Assembly: GCA_048128005.1 (NCBI GenBank)
Contig: JBEUKZ010000047.1
Location: forward strand, 372,001-436,000
Reading direction: 5' to 3'
DNA from: Veleropilina oligotropha
Lineage: Eukaryota
DNA: 64,000 nucleotides
Shown in pieces: positions 52,853-64,000 of this stretch. The notes under the pieces were generated by a model. It made no database searches. It was not told the DNA's origin and saw nothing but the letters and a program-made list of their open reading frames with translations. The position numbers and the translations under genes are program-made. The first letter of the stretch is position 1. Each line of letters starts with the position of its first letter.

Positions 52853-55800
52853 TTATAACTTATGGAAAATATTTACCTGTTTTAAAAATTCAAATACGGC
52901 TTCGAGCTTATTAAGATTAAATAACTCTTGGAGTGAATTTGCCCTAAAATACCCTTGGCGTGCGAGATCCAAATCGACACAATCCAATAATATATGTTTA
53001 ATTGTTAGGGCAGTTGCACAAGGAATACACTCGGGTGGAGGCTCCCCTTTAAGCAAGTAGGAGTGAGTGTAGTGAGAATGCCCAATTCTCAGTCTGGCCA
53101 AGACGACCTCCTCTCGCCGAGATGGCCTGCAAGAGGGTCCCCAGTCACCAAGAAGAGGTTGGACATTCTGCAGTTTATTCCTTGTGCATTCACTCCAAGA
53201 GTGCTGCCAAGTAGAATTTATATATTTGTTTATGCTTTGTTTAAAATCTGAGTGTGGTAGTTTACAATTTAGTATATTGTTAAAATTTGAGGCTGCCTTG
53301 GCAGCTTGGTCAGCCTTCTCATTGCCTTGGATACCGATATGGCTCGGTATCCAGCATAAAACAATGTCATTGTCAGGTAAAAGGTTGTTATAGTTTAATA
53401 AAATTTCCTGAACAATAACATTTCTATTCATCTCCCTCAGTGCTTGTAAGCTAGAGAGGGAGTCTGAATAGATAATAAAACGCCGTTTAGTACTTGTAGA
53501 GATAAAATTAAGAGCAAGCTCGATTGCTTTTAGTTCTGCAGTATATATAGTCGCGCTGCCTGGCAGACGGTTTTGAAAACATTGTCTGCCAGTGACAGCG
53601 GCTGCTCCTACCAATTCTGCATCTTTTGAAACATCTGTGTATATGCTTGCACGATCTGAATATTTTAATTTCAGATCGTGCACTTTTATGAGATAATCTG
53701 ATGTGTCTGTGTTTGATTTTTTGAGTGATGTAAGTTGTAGATCAATTACCGGTACTTTTAGTGTCCATGGTGGAGTATCCGGAATGTGAATTGTTTTAAT
53801 TTGACCTACATGTATGCCTGCGTTTTCTAGTGCTGGTTTTATGCGGATGCCAAACGGTGCAATTTTGTTTGGTTTTGCCTGAAATAGATTTTCGTAATTT
53901 GGTGTATAGACAGTTTCGAAAGCTGGGTTAGATGGATTTGATTTTAATTTTATTGCATATTGTAGTGATAGTTTTTCACGTCTGAGTGTAAGAGATGGTT
54001 CATTGGCTTCGACATAGAGGCTTTCCATGGGTGATGTGCGAAAAGCCCCTAATGCAAGTCGAAGCCCTTGATTATGGATTGGATCAAGCATTTTAAGATA
54101 TGAATGGCGAGCAGAGCCATATACTATGCTCCCATAATCGAGTTTTGATCTAATTAATGATCTATATAGTCGTAATAAAACTGTTTTATCAGCACCCCAT
54201 TCAGTATTAGAAACTACTTTCATTATATTTAAAGCCTTTTTACATTTGGCTTTGATGTATTTTAAATGAGGTATGAAAGACAGTTTTCGGTCAAATATAA
54301 GGCCTAAAAATTTAAATTGATCTACCACTGGAATCTCAAAGTCATCCAGCTTTAACACAGGGTCGTCATGTATTTCACGACGCTGGCAGAAGTGCATGCA
54401 TTTAGTTTTGTCCTTTGAGAATTTAAATCCGTTCTCATCGGACCATATCTGTAATTTATTTAGGCCATGTTGTAGCTGGCGTTCTATACTGTTCATATTT
54501 GTTGAACGATAGCAAATGCCAAAATCGTCAACAAATAAAGAACAGTCAGTGCCAGCACTAATACATTTGACGATACTGTTTATTTTAATACTGAATAGGG
54601 TGACTGATAAAATGCTTCCTTGAGGGACACCCATCTCCTGGTCGTGGATATCGGAGAGGGTGTCACCCACCTTAACGTTAAAATTTCTATCCTCAAGGAA
54701 TTTCGAAATAAAATTGGGCAAGTGGCCCTTTAAACCAAAATCAAACAAATCCTTCATAATCCCGTACTTCCAAGTCGTGTCGTAGGCCTTCTCTAGATCG
54801 AAAAAAACAGCAACTAAATGTTGTCTGTTTAGGAAGGCCTCACGAACAAAAGTTTCCAGACGTACCAAGTGATCTGTGGTGCTCCGGTTGCGCCGGAACC
54901 CACTTTGATATTCTGTAAGTAAATTATTTGATTCAAGATACCAAACTAATCTCTCGTTTATCATCCGTTCCATGGTTTTGCAAATACAACTCGTCAGGGC
55001 TATGGGTCGATAACTGTTAGGATTTGATGTATCTTTTCCCGCCTTTGCAATTGGGATAACTGTAGCTTCCCTCCACGAGGGAGGGAAGGTTCCAGTTTCC
55101 CAGATAGTATTGAATATTGCAAGTAGAGTTGTAAGTGATGTTCCAGGTAAGTGCTTAAGTAATTGATAGTGAATGTCATCAGGGCCAACTGATGTGTCAT
55201 GTGCCTTGTTTAGTGAATCTGCGAGTTCCTTTTGTGAAAATGGCTGATTGTATGACTCTGTGTTGTTGGATCTAAAATTGAGCCTTGTTTTTTCTTTTTG
55301 ATGCTTAAAACGGCTGAATTTTGGAGTGCAGTTGTCGGATGATGAATTGGCAGAAAAGGTATCTGCCAATGTGTTTGCAATGTCTTTAGCTGTGGTTGCT
55401 TCTGATGTGTTTGTTTTAAGGTGCTTGATGCAGTTGGGTGTATGTTTGCCACTAATTTTACGGATCATATCCCATGTTTTTTTAATAGTGGAACGAGAGT
55501 TTAGTTTGGTAACGTAGGAATGCCAGGATTCCCTTTTGCTGTGCTTGATGGTACGTCTGGCTTGTGCTCTTAATAGCCTAAAGCTATTAAGATTTTGTAG
55601 TGTTGGGTGCTGTTTAAATGTTGAAATTGCATGTATGCGTGCTTTGATTGCTTGTCTGCAGTCTTCATTAAACCAAGGTTTATTTTTGTGTTTGGCATTT
55701 GGACAGGTCTTTGGAATTGAGAGTGTTGCAATGTCATGTAGTGTTGTAGAGAAACTTGATATTGGGTCTTCGCCATGAGTTAATTGATGTGAGTGTAATT

Positions 55801-56536
55801 GCTCTTCGCAAAGTGATTGGAATTTCTCCCAATCTGCTTTGCGAAGTTTCCACCTTTCTGTATGTTCTTGTGCTTGATAGATTGTGCTTTCCATGAAAAT
55901 TGGAAAGTGGTCGCTTCCGTGGAGGTCCTCACCAACTTTCCAATTAAAGTCCAGGAAAGCGGATGGGTCGCACATGGTAAGGTCAATGGTGGTAAGTGAA
56001 CCTGTAGGTGGATGCATGTATGTTGGCGATTTGGTAGTGTTAAATAGACACAAAATGTGTCTCCCAATAAAGTCCTCTATTTGATGTCCCCGTTTATCTG
56101 TGTCAGTACCGCCCCAATCAGTACTGTGGGCGTTAAAATCGCCACACAGTAAAAATGGGGTCGATAGCTGATCGATGAGATCGTCAAGGTCAGTAGGTCG
56201 TAAGTTTGTACCAGGTGGTAAGTATACCGAGCAGATTGTTATTACTCGGTGAGTCGATATTTTCACTGCTACTGCCTGTAAGTTAGTGTTTAAGTTGACT
56301 TGACTGTGTGGTGTTTTGTTGTTGACTATGATTGAAACCCCCCCTGTAGCCTTGTCACCAGTGGTGACAATGTGGTTGTATAGTGAGTGCTCTTTGATGC
56401 GTATGTTGTCTGTGAGTTTCATGTAAGTTTCATTGAGACAAAATGCGGTTGGTTTGTGTTCTTGAATTAATAGACTTATCTCATCAATATTCGGTTTAAT
56501 GCCTCTACAATTCCATTGTATTATTGTGCCTGACAT
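52853..56536 (-). CDS. A5 ORF2 (open; YTDGSK>YTDVSK in RNase H)
   Basis: 1227 aa. Confidence 0.92.
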   Translation of the reverse strand: MSGTIIQWNCRGIKPNIDEISLLIQEHKPTAFCLNETYMKLTDNIRIKEHSLYNHIVTTGDKATGGVSIIVNNKTPHSQVNLNTNLQAVAVKISTHRVITICSVYLPPGTNLRPTDLDDLIDQLSTPFLLCGDFNAHSTDWGGTDTDKRGHQIEDFIGRHILCLFNTTKSPTYMHPPTGSLTTIDLTMCDPSAFLDFNWKVGEDLHGSDHFPIFMESTIYQAQEHTERWKLRKADWEKFQSLCEEQLHSHQLTHGEDPISSFSTTLHDIATLSIPKTCPNAKHKNKPWFNEDCRQAIKARIHAISTFKQHPTLQNLNSFRLLRAQARRTIKHSKRESWHSYVTKLNSRSTIKKTWDMIRKISGKHTPNCIKHLKTNTSEATTAKDIANTLADTFSANSSSDNCTPKFSRFKHQKEKTRLNFRSNNTESYNQPFSQKELADSLNKAHDTSVGPDDIHYQLLKHLPGTSLTTLLAIFNTIWETGTFPPSWREATVIPIAKAGKDTSNPNSYRPIALTSCICKTMERMINERLVWYLESNNLLTEYQSGFRRNRSTTDHLVRLETFVREAFLNRQHLVAVFFDLEKAYDTTWKYGIMKDLFDFGLKGHLPNFISKFLEDRNFNVKVGDTLSDIHDQEMGVPQGSILSVTLFSIKINSIVKCISAGTDCSLFVDDFGICYRSTNMNSIERQLQHGLNKLQIWSDENGFKFSKDKTKCMHFCQRREIHDDPVLKLDDFEIPVVDQFKFLGLIFDRKLSFIPHLKYIKAKCKKALNIMKVVSNTEWGADKTVLLRLYRSLIRSKLDYGSIVYGSARHSYLKMLDPIHNQGLRLALGAFRTSPMESLYVEANEPSLTLRREKLSLQYAIKLKSNPSNPAFETVYTPNYENLFQAKPNKIAPFGIRIKPALENAGIHVGQIKTIHIPDTPPWTLKVPVIDLQLTSLKKSNTDTSDYLIKVHDLKLKYSDRASIYTDVSKDAELVGAAAVTGRQCFQNRLPGSATIYTAELKAIELALNFISTSTKRRFIIYSDSLSSLQALREMNRNVIVQEILLNYNNLLPDNDIVLCWIPSHIGIQGNEKADQAAKAASNFNNILNCKLPHSDFKQSINKYINSTWQHSWSECTRNKLQNVQPLLGDWGPSCRPSRREEVVLARLRIGHSHYTHSYLLKGEPPPECIPCATALTIKHILLDCVDLDLARQGYFRANSLQELFNLNKLEAVFEFLKQVNIFHKL

Positions 56537-56582
56537 GTTGGTTTAATGGTGTGTATTAAGTGATTTGCTTGTAATGTTAATT

Positions 56583-58091
56583 TTAAATTTGCCTATTTAT
56601 TCGGTGGAAGTACGGGCTTAATGGACATTTTCGGCTTCGCTTTGGACTGCCGATCCAATGGTTGGTCGCTTTCCATTGAATCGTCGGCAGGAGGAGGTGG
56701 CCCAGGTGGATCGGGCTCTCCTTCGTCTGCTGGTGTAATTTTTCTGCTGCCTCTCTCCCACCCTTCGTGGCAGCAGCAACAATTTCCAGCGCGAGGTCCT
56801 CTATAATGCTATCGGTATTATCAATTTGGTCATCTGATGGTTCGTTGGTATCCATCAGGTGACCAAAGCGATTATGCAGCTTAATAGGGTCCTCGGACCC
56901 TTTGGGCTGTCTGTCTGGTTTAATGTTTGTTCTATCTGATTTTGAATGTTTCTTAGAGGCTGCTGCTTTAGGAACAGCAGCAGTCTCTTTTGTAGAGTTG
57001 CGAGTAGGTTTGATAGCTTTGATTGATTTTGATGTTTGAGTTGATTCTGACGATGAAGATGCTAAATTGCTTCGAGATGGCAAAGTGCTGAAAAAAGCTT
57101 CGCCAAATGGCCAGGTGATATCCGTTTGTGTCGAAGAGGATCTAGTGACTGGCTTTTGCTCCGGTGCTGCAGCAATTGCAGCATAGGATTTACCCGAAAT
57201 GGTCCTGGATTCAACCAGTTTCCTGGCATCAGGGAAAGAGATCCGGTCGATAGTTTTGACCCTTTGGATCTCTTTCTCATGCTTCCACTTCGGGCAGTCC
57301 TTAGAGTAAGCAAAATGCTTACCCTTGCAATTGCAGCATAGTGGTGGTTTGGAGCAAGAGTCAGACTCGTGACCCTCCTCGCTACATCGAGCACATGCGG
57401 GATTCCTTCTGCATCGGTCCTTGTGATGCCCAAATGACTGGCATTTGAAGCATCTCAAGGGGTTTGGGATGTAGGGCTCTACAGGGATGATAATATAACC
57501 AGCTTTAATTGTTCTAGGTAGAACAGGAAGGCGGAAGTCCAGGATGATGGTATTGATGGGGATCTTCTTTCCATCTTTGAACATGGTCAGGCGTGTGACC
57601 TTGGTCACACCCTGGCTGTTCATGCCTTCCAGCAGTTCCTGTTCACTGCATCCCTGCAGATCCCTAGATCTAATAACTCCCTTGGAGGTGTTCAAGGACC
57701 GATGCGGTCGAATTTCAACGGGAATGTTGACAAATTTCGAAGTTCTAAGGAGATTCTCCGCATGGCTCTTCCTGGCGCATTCGACCAACAGGGTGCCATC
57801 TCGAAGTTTCTTCACTGATCGAGGTTCGCCAGCAAGACCAAGGATGGCCTTGGAGATGGCGAAGGGACTCAAAGAAGTAATTGGAGTAGTTGAGTCAAGT
57901 GCCTCGATTGTCAAGAATCGTGGCCAGCTTTCCGGTACAGGGGGTGGAGGGTCGGGCCTATATTCGGCCTCCCTCTCAGGATCGAATGGGATTGACCGGA
58001 TAGCGGCCATATATTTCGCATCATCATCGTCAGAATCAATTTCATTTGATTTATTTTTTCGCCTCTTAATTGCGTGAGTGTGGTGTGCCAT
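56583..58091 (-). CDS. A5 ORF1 with a C-terminal frameshift
   Basis: 1-bp deletion near 56713 (gggg>ggg) changes the last ~45 aa. It may be a homopolymer sequencing error. Confidence 0.8.
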   Translation of the reverse strand: MAHHTHAIKRRKNKSNEIDSDDDDAKYMAAIRSIPFDPEREAEYRPDPPPPVPESWPRFLTIEALDSTTPITSLSPFAISKAILGLAGEPRSVKKLRDGTLLVECARKSHAENLLRTSKFVNIPVEIRPHRSLNTSKGVIRSRDLQGCSEQELLEGMNSQGVTKVTRLTMFKDGKKIPINTIILDFRLPVLPRTIKAGYIIIPVEPYIPNPLRCFKCQSFGHHKDRCRRNPACARCSEEGHESDSCSKPPLCCNCKGKHFAYSKDCPKWKHEKEIQRVKTIDRISFPDARKLVESRTISGKSYAAIAAAPEQKPVTRSSSTQTDITWPFGEAFFSTLPSRSNLASSSSESTQTSKSIKAIKPTRNSTKETAAVPKAAASKKHSKSDRTNIKPDRQPKGSEDPIKLHNRFGHLMDTNEPSDDQIDNTDSIIEDLALEIVAAATKGGREAAEKLHQQTKESPIHLGHLLLPTIQWKATNHWIGSPKRSRKCPLSPYFHRINRQI

Positions 58092-59204
58092 ATTGTGTGT
58101 CTTAGTGTTTCATCACCCGAGGTCCCCGCCCACCCCGGAGCCCAACAAGGGGGCATTTAACAGGTGCGGGGTTCCAGCACCCAATGCCAGGGATACCCGG
58201 GTGATATACTCAAATAAGTGAATGAATATTAGTGGTGGGAAGTGTATATCCCACCATTCATTCCTCACTTGATTGACCCTTCAGCCACCGCCTTCTGGGA
58301 TATAGATCAACGGATGGTAAGTGATCTATGATATGGTATTTTAAGATGTAAAATTTAAATGATGTTATGTTTAGAATGTTAAGTTATCCCAGGGCATGGC
58401 GTGACAAGCCGATTGATCAGATAGGGCCTATCTGACCTCCCGTCTAGCTGAATCCGAGGCCAAAGTAGTGTGTTGCTTCAGCCGAAGCCGAAGCTCAACT
58501 ACCAGGACCCTCTTTTCCAACATCACGGGTCGCCACCCACGGCCAACAGGTGGCTCCCATTTGGGGGGATCTTACCCCTCTGCAGGGAGAGCAGTCGGCA
58601 TATTCTGACCCCTAACCGACTGGGGGACCATATTATTGGATAAAAATGTCACAAAAATATATATTTAACAACATTCTATTATTACCACTGGAAAGATATT
58701 TCAATTATCTTTAAAATAGACACAACTTGTAATGATTGCTCAACGAAAAACTGTCAACGATGTTTACAATTCAAAAAGTTTCTTGACGAAAACATTTTTC
58801 GGTGACAGTATTCGTGTCGAGTCATTGTATACGTCACGATGAGTTGGCAATACAAATTCTCGAGAACGAGAACACGAGGTCAAGAAGTTATATATAGGGG
58901 ATGGATACGTGGCAATGGGTACGTGGCAATAAACTGATCTAGAAGGGTATCTAAGAAATCCATGAGACTTGAACTGGCTATAGCCAAAAACCGGATTAGT
59001 GATATGCAGTTTCGGCCGAAATGTCCACAGGTAAGTGTTTTAATTTAACCCCCAGGGCCGTCCCTGGGTGTTTCTTTTAGATATACCCGGGCCGGCGAGG
59101 GTAGTGGTAAGGGCTCTATATAGTTTACGTTGTGTCGGAACGGGTGCTGGGAGCCTTATTTTTCCAGTCTAAAAAGTTTGCTCACCCCCCCCCCCCTGCT
59201 GCTG

Positions 59205-62200
59205 TTATGCCGGAAAAACTGCTCCATTTAGAGTACACTCACCCCCCCTGCTGCTGGTTCTCTTGAATGATACGATTAATTCTTTCGTTTTGCGTTCGTT
59301 AAGTTTCATATCGTTGTCGTTTGCCCAACTAGCTACCAGAGATGCTGCCAGTTGCATGGTTCCATCGTTGCTATCCTTCGATGCGTGACATATAGATGTA
59401 TCGTCGACATACTTGTATGCTATGGCTGGTTGAGGAATCTGTAGATCTCCTATGTGCACAATGAAAGTTTTTGAGCCTATCAAAGTGCCCTGGGGTGTTC
59501 CTCCGTTCAGAGTCAACATAGGGCAGGGCACGAAAATTCCACTCGTCCGCTCGTATTGACGAGTAACTATTCGGACAGGACGAGCAGAATTTATCAAAAT
59601 GCGTATTTTACTCGTCCGACAGGACGAGTAGCTATTAGCAGCGGGTCTCTCAACACAGAACTGTCTGGATCACACACAAATGTCGACAATATTTAATTAG
59701 TAATCATTTTAATCCTAAGAACATGTTGTGACACTAAAAACGGGCACGACATAAACCTAGAATCGTCACCGGAAACATTTGATCCATGAGTTATTTATCG
59801 ATATGATACTAATAATAGAACCGTTTTCTACACGTTGTCCTGTATAAATTTACCTTTGCCGATGTCGTTATCATTTCCGAATGCAGTGAAATAAATATTT
59901 CAGCATAAATTGCTTTATTATATTAATTTGTACGTTTTTTCTTTCTAAAATAACTCTACAGAGTGTACGTGAACAATGTCGGAGTGCATGATTTACGCTA
60001 ACGCTTTCAATCACTGTGTATCTATTTTGAGCGCCTGGAATTCCCAAATAACCGTGCTGTTATAAAAGTGAACCCCGTTTATAACATGTGCTTTTGCATT
60101 CGGTGTGATTCAGAGGTTTCCGTTTTATAGACGTAGGTAGCTTAGCGAAATAGTCCGGGGAATGCCGATTGATTGAGCTTTCTGTCGTCTGCTATAGTAA
60201 AATGTCCGACATTCGCAAATTTTTACAAGGCGGCGGTGATAGCGAAAAACGATCGTTATTGAAAGAGAATGAAAAAAGGAAACTTTGTCAAAAGAAATAT
60301 GATCAAAACAAACGAAAAAGATTACTTCATGATTCATGGTTGGATGAATATCCGTGGGCAAAACAAGAAAATGGTGAACTTTTCTGTGCCATTTGCCGTA
60401 AATATCCTGGATTATCAGACAGAGAGTCCACACTTGTCAAGGGAATAAAAGATAAATACAGGAAAGAAACACTGAAATTCCACGAAAAGAGCGCGAAGCA
60501 TGTGAAATGTATCGAGTGCCAAGCTGTGAAAGAAAAGCCAGAATGCAGTCAAATGGCCACAAGCATGAAAAAAGTGGATGAAAAAAATAGCGTCGTGTAC
60601 GAAAAGTTATTCAACACGGCCTATTACATTGCCAGGGGGAATGAATCTTTCAGAAAATTTCCGGAATTGATTTCATTGCAGCAGAAAAATGGCGTGGAGG
60701 TAGGCATAAATTATATAAATGAAAAGGCATGTCGTGAATTTTGCATTAATATAGCAACAGTACTGAAAAATCAAACTTCAAAGTGTGTGCAGTCTGCACG
60801 TTTCATAAGCATACTTTCAGATGGATCGACAGACAAAGGAATAGTCGAGCAAGAAATAGTTTATGTCCGATATGTTGGGAAAGACGGTGTGATGAAAACT
60901 GAACTTGCTGACATTGTCAATCTTGAACATGGCCACGCAGAGGGAGTAAAGCAAGGCATTTTAAAAGGTATGGAAAACATTGGACTGTCGCCTACAGAGT
61001 TGAGTAAGAAGCTAGTAGGCATCAACACTGATGGTGCAGCTGTGAATCTTGGGAAAAAATGAGGGGCTGTTAAATTACTGATCGATAGATTAAATGAAGA
61101 GGTACCCGAGGGAAGTGCATGTGGTGATTACATGACTGTAGTGCATTGTGTGGCCCACAACCTTGAACTTGCAGTGTGTGATGCCAAGAAAGATGTTCGA
61201 TATCTCACAGACTTTGAGAGAGTTTAGAAAGGAATTTTCCAGCTCTATTACTACTCTCCAAAGCGCAGAACTTTCTGACATCGCAACATCCTTAGACCAG
61301 GACCTAAAGCACTATGGGGGTCTACAACAAATACGCTGGGTTGCCAGCCAGAACCGGGCACTCAAGGCTCTCTTAGATAATTATGATGTTACCATGGTTC
61401 ATCTTCAGGATATTATATCAACTTGCAAGGATGAGAACGCAAACAAAGCCAGGAGTTACCTCACAGAAATGAAAAGTGAAAGGTTTCTCACATTCTCCAC
61501 TTCATGATAGACTGGACCAATTTGATTTCAGAAGTGTCAGTATTATTTCAACAGAAAAAGTTTCTGATTTCTGAGGTAGCTAGAAGAATCAGTGAATTGA
61601 AAGAAAAGTGTGCTACGATGAAATTAAGAAGGGGCAAGTTGTTGAGAAAGTTTCTAAGGGAAACAAATGATGGAACGTTTCGAGGAAATGAAATGACACA
61701 GCGACAAGGGAGGCGAAACAACGACACAACAGAGCAGATTGCTAGTGACATTGATGAAATGTTAACTGCTTCAGAGTTATTTTTAGAGGAAAGGTTTATC
61801 AAACACCTGACAGGAGAACCACATGCTCTGTTTCGGGCCTTTGATTTTCATCAGTGGCCAAACAAGGATGATAATCCAGATGGTTTCAGGCTGTATGGAG
61901 ATGAAGAGATTGACAGATTACTAACATTGTACAGTCCATTACTGACCAATGAAGAAAATGAATCAGCAGTAGATGAGTGGCTTGATTTGAAATTGTATTT
62001 GTCACGGAACCTAAACAGATCTATGGTCGATGCTTATGAAAGTCTCTTGGCCAATGAAGATGTAGAACATTTACGCCATATTATACCACTGGTGACCATA
62101 ATGCTCACGATATCTCCCAGTACAGCCGAGTGCGAACGTGGGTTTAGTCAGTTAAACCAAATAAAAACAACACTCCGAACGTCTTTGAATCAAGATACGT

Positions 62201-64000
62201 TGTGCGCTCTTCAGAGAATCCGAGTAGATGGGCCTACCATGAAAGATTACAACCCAACACAAAGCATCGTGGAGTGGTTGAACTCTGGAAAGGGATCCAG
62301 ACACACTAAAGGGCATACATGTTCTGGTCCAAGAGAGAAACGGTTACATCCAGCTGCAGCCTCAAGTGATTCAGATTCTGAATAGAGCAAGCACACGATT
62401 CTCCAGGACTGTTTTTGTCTATTGGCTCAGCTGCTCTTTTATGATTATGATCAATTGTTTATTAAATCATCTTCTCCAATCATATGTTTAATTCTTAATC
62501 TATGATAATGATAGATTCTACCATTGGTCCATATTATAAATTATGTGCATATATTTATATTAACATTAACACAAAGACATGCAAAATATGTAGAGCGAGA
62601 CGACCCTCATGCTGCTCGTATACTTTATTGAGGAATAACACATACATTTCCTATCTATAAAGACACGCCATGCAAACAGTACATGTTAGTATAATATTAC
62701 AAGTATTATATTATATTCACTATATTACTGTTAATTTTGGTTACAAAATGCAGGACGAGTGACATTTGGAACAGGACGAGTAGAATTTCCTTGGTACTCG
62801 TCCTACAGGACGAGTGAACATTAAAGTAATTTTCGTCCCCTGTAGGGTATATATCACGTTGCTGATTTTAACCTGCTGTTGCCTATTTAGTAGGAACGCA
62901 GCAACCCATTTCACCAAAAAATCGGGGGCCCCTTTTGCTTTTAGTTTCTTCAACACAATGTTATGGTTGACTAAGTCAAATGCCTTCGAAAAATCACATA
63001 ACAGGATTCTGGCTACTGTACCGGCGGTATCTGTTGTCCTATATAGGTAATCCATCATGTCTATAAGGGCATGGGTAGTAGATGACCCCTTTAGACCACC
63101 ATATTGTCTTGAGTCTGTATCGAGAGATGTATCGTCAATCCACTGACACACGAAGCTTTCTAACACTTTGCTAACAATAGGTGTGAGCGAAATTGGTTGT
63201 AAATCGGTCTTTATTGACTTTGGTGGATTTACCTTTGGTAAGGGCACAGTGAATGCCGATCTCCATAGCTGGGGGACAAAGCCTTCTCTGATACTAGCAT
63301 TAAATATCGAGCAGATTGGACCAGATATATATGGCGCAAAATCTCTTAGTACCCATGCAGGTATCTCATCTGGACCGGTAGCCTTATTCACACGTAGTTT
63401 GGAGAGCCGTGTTTCTACCTCGTGTTGTGAGATGGTGAATTCAGAAGACACGATGTCATTAGGGTCGAAATGCGGACTATTGGGTTGTAGTGGTGTTAGA
63501 CAAGACCCAACAGATTGAAAGAATGTATTGATGGTTGTTGCCAACTCTTCCATACTGCCGTCGCATTCGTTGTTAGCGAGTAGTTGAAGTGGGGTGTTGC
63601 TCACACATCCCGTGCCCATCAATCCTTTCATATTTCTCCACCAGTCTCTTGGATTTCCGTGTTTTAAATTCGCAACTTTCCTTTGATAAAATTTCTTACG
63701 GAGATTCAAGTTTTCTCGATTAACCTTGTTGCGTAACTTATTATACAAAGTGACATTTCCTGAAGCATATGCTTGTTGACGTTTTCGGATTAGAAATTTG
63801 AAGTCTGGAGTAATCCATGGTTTATCTCGTTCGTGCAATGTTACACTTTTTGTTGGAAAATGCTTGTTATATAAAAGGATCATCTGGTCCTGAAAGCCGT
63901 CAAACATTTCTTGACATGATGACATCTTATAAATCGAAGTCCAGTTTGTTAACTTTAATTCATGGGCAAACATGACCTTTTCATTTTGGCCTAAAACCCG
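59205..64000 (-). mobile_element. CR1/L2-group LINE (third-unit copy) interrupted by hAT; runs off window
   Basis: Copy of 12741-17536 at offset 46,464. Confidence 0.85.
59524..62842 (+). mobile_element. hAT transposon, complete copy with disrupted transposase
   Basis: Same TIRs and TAGGG TSD as 13060-16378. Confidence 0.9.

Larger units (their letters stand above)
52535..58626 (-). mobile_element. Full-length family A LINE, copy A5
   Basis: Positional duplicate of A2/A4. Confidence 0.95.

Overview
This is eukaryotic (probably marine-invertebrate) heterochromatin-like DNA made almost entirely of transposable elements, with no recognisable host gene. It is dominated by a same-orientation (minus-strand) nested pile of young I-group (Nimb-like) non-LTR retrotransposons. 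Each has an ORF1 with three CCHC knuckles and an ORF2 of APE-RT-RNaseH-CCHC, and ends in an (AAATC)n tail. There are three subfamilies, called A (5 copies), B (3) and C (1) here. Also present: the 3' end of a fourth LINE followed by a 29-bp satellite, a decayed CR1/L2-group LINE interrupted by a hAT transposon with a 5-bp TSD, and two Meta-SINE-like insertions. The whole composite is tandemly duplicated with a 26,439-bp period, plus a rearranged third unit. The main observation is that element C begins exactly at a textbook HDV-like self-cleaving ribozyme (47643-47718, minus). Sister families A and B have a different, unassigned ~70-nt structured RNA module at the homologous 5' position, upstream of a 5'UTR whose hairpins are conserved in structure but not in sequence.
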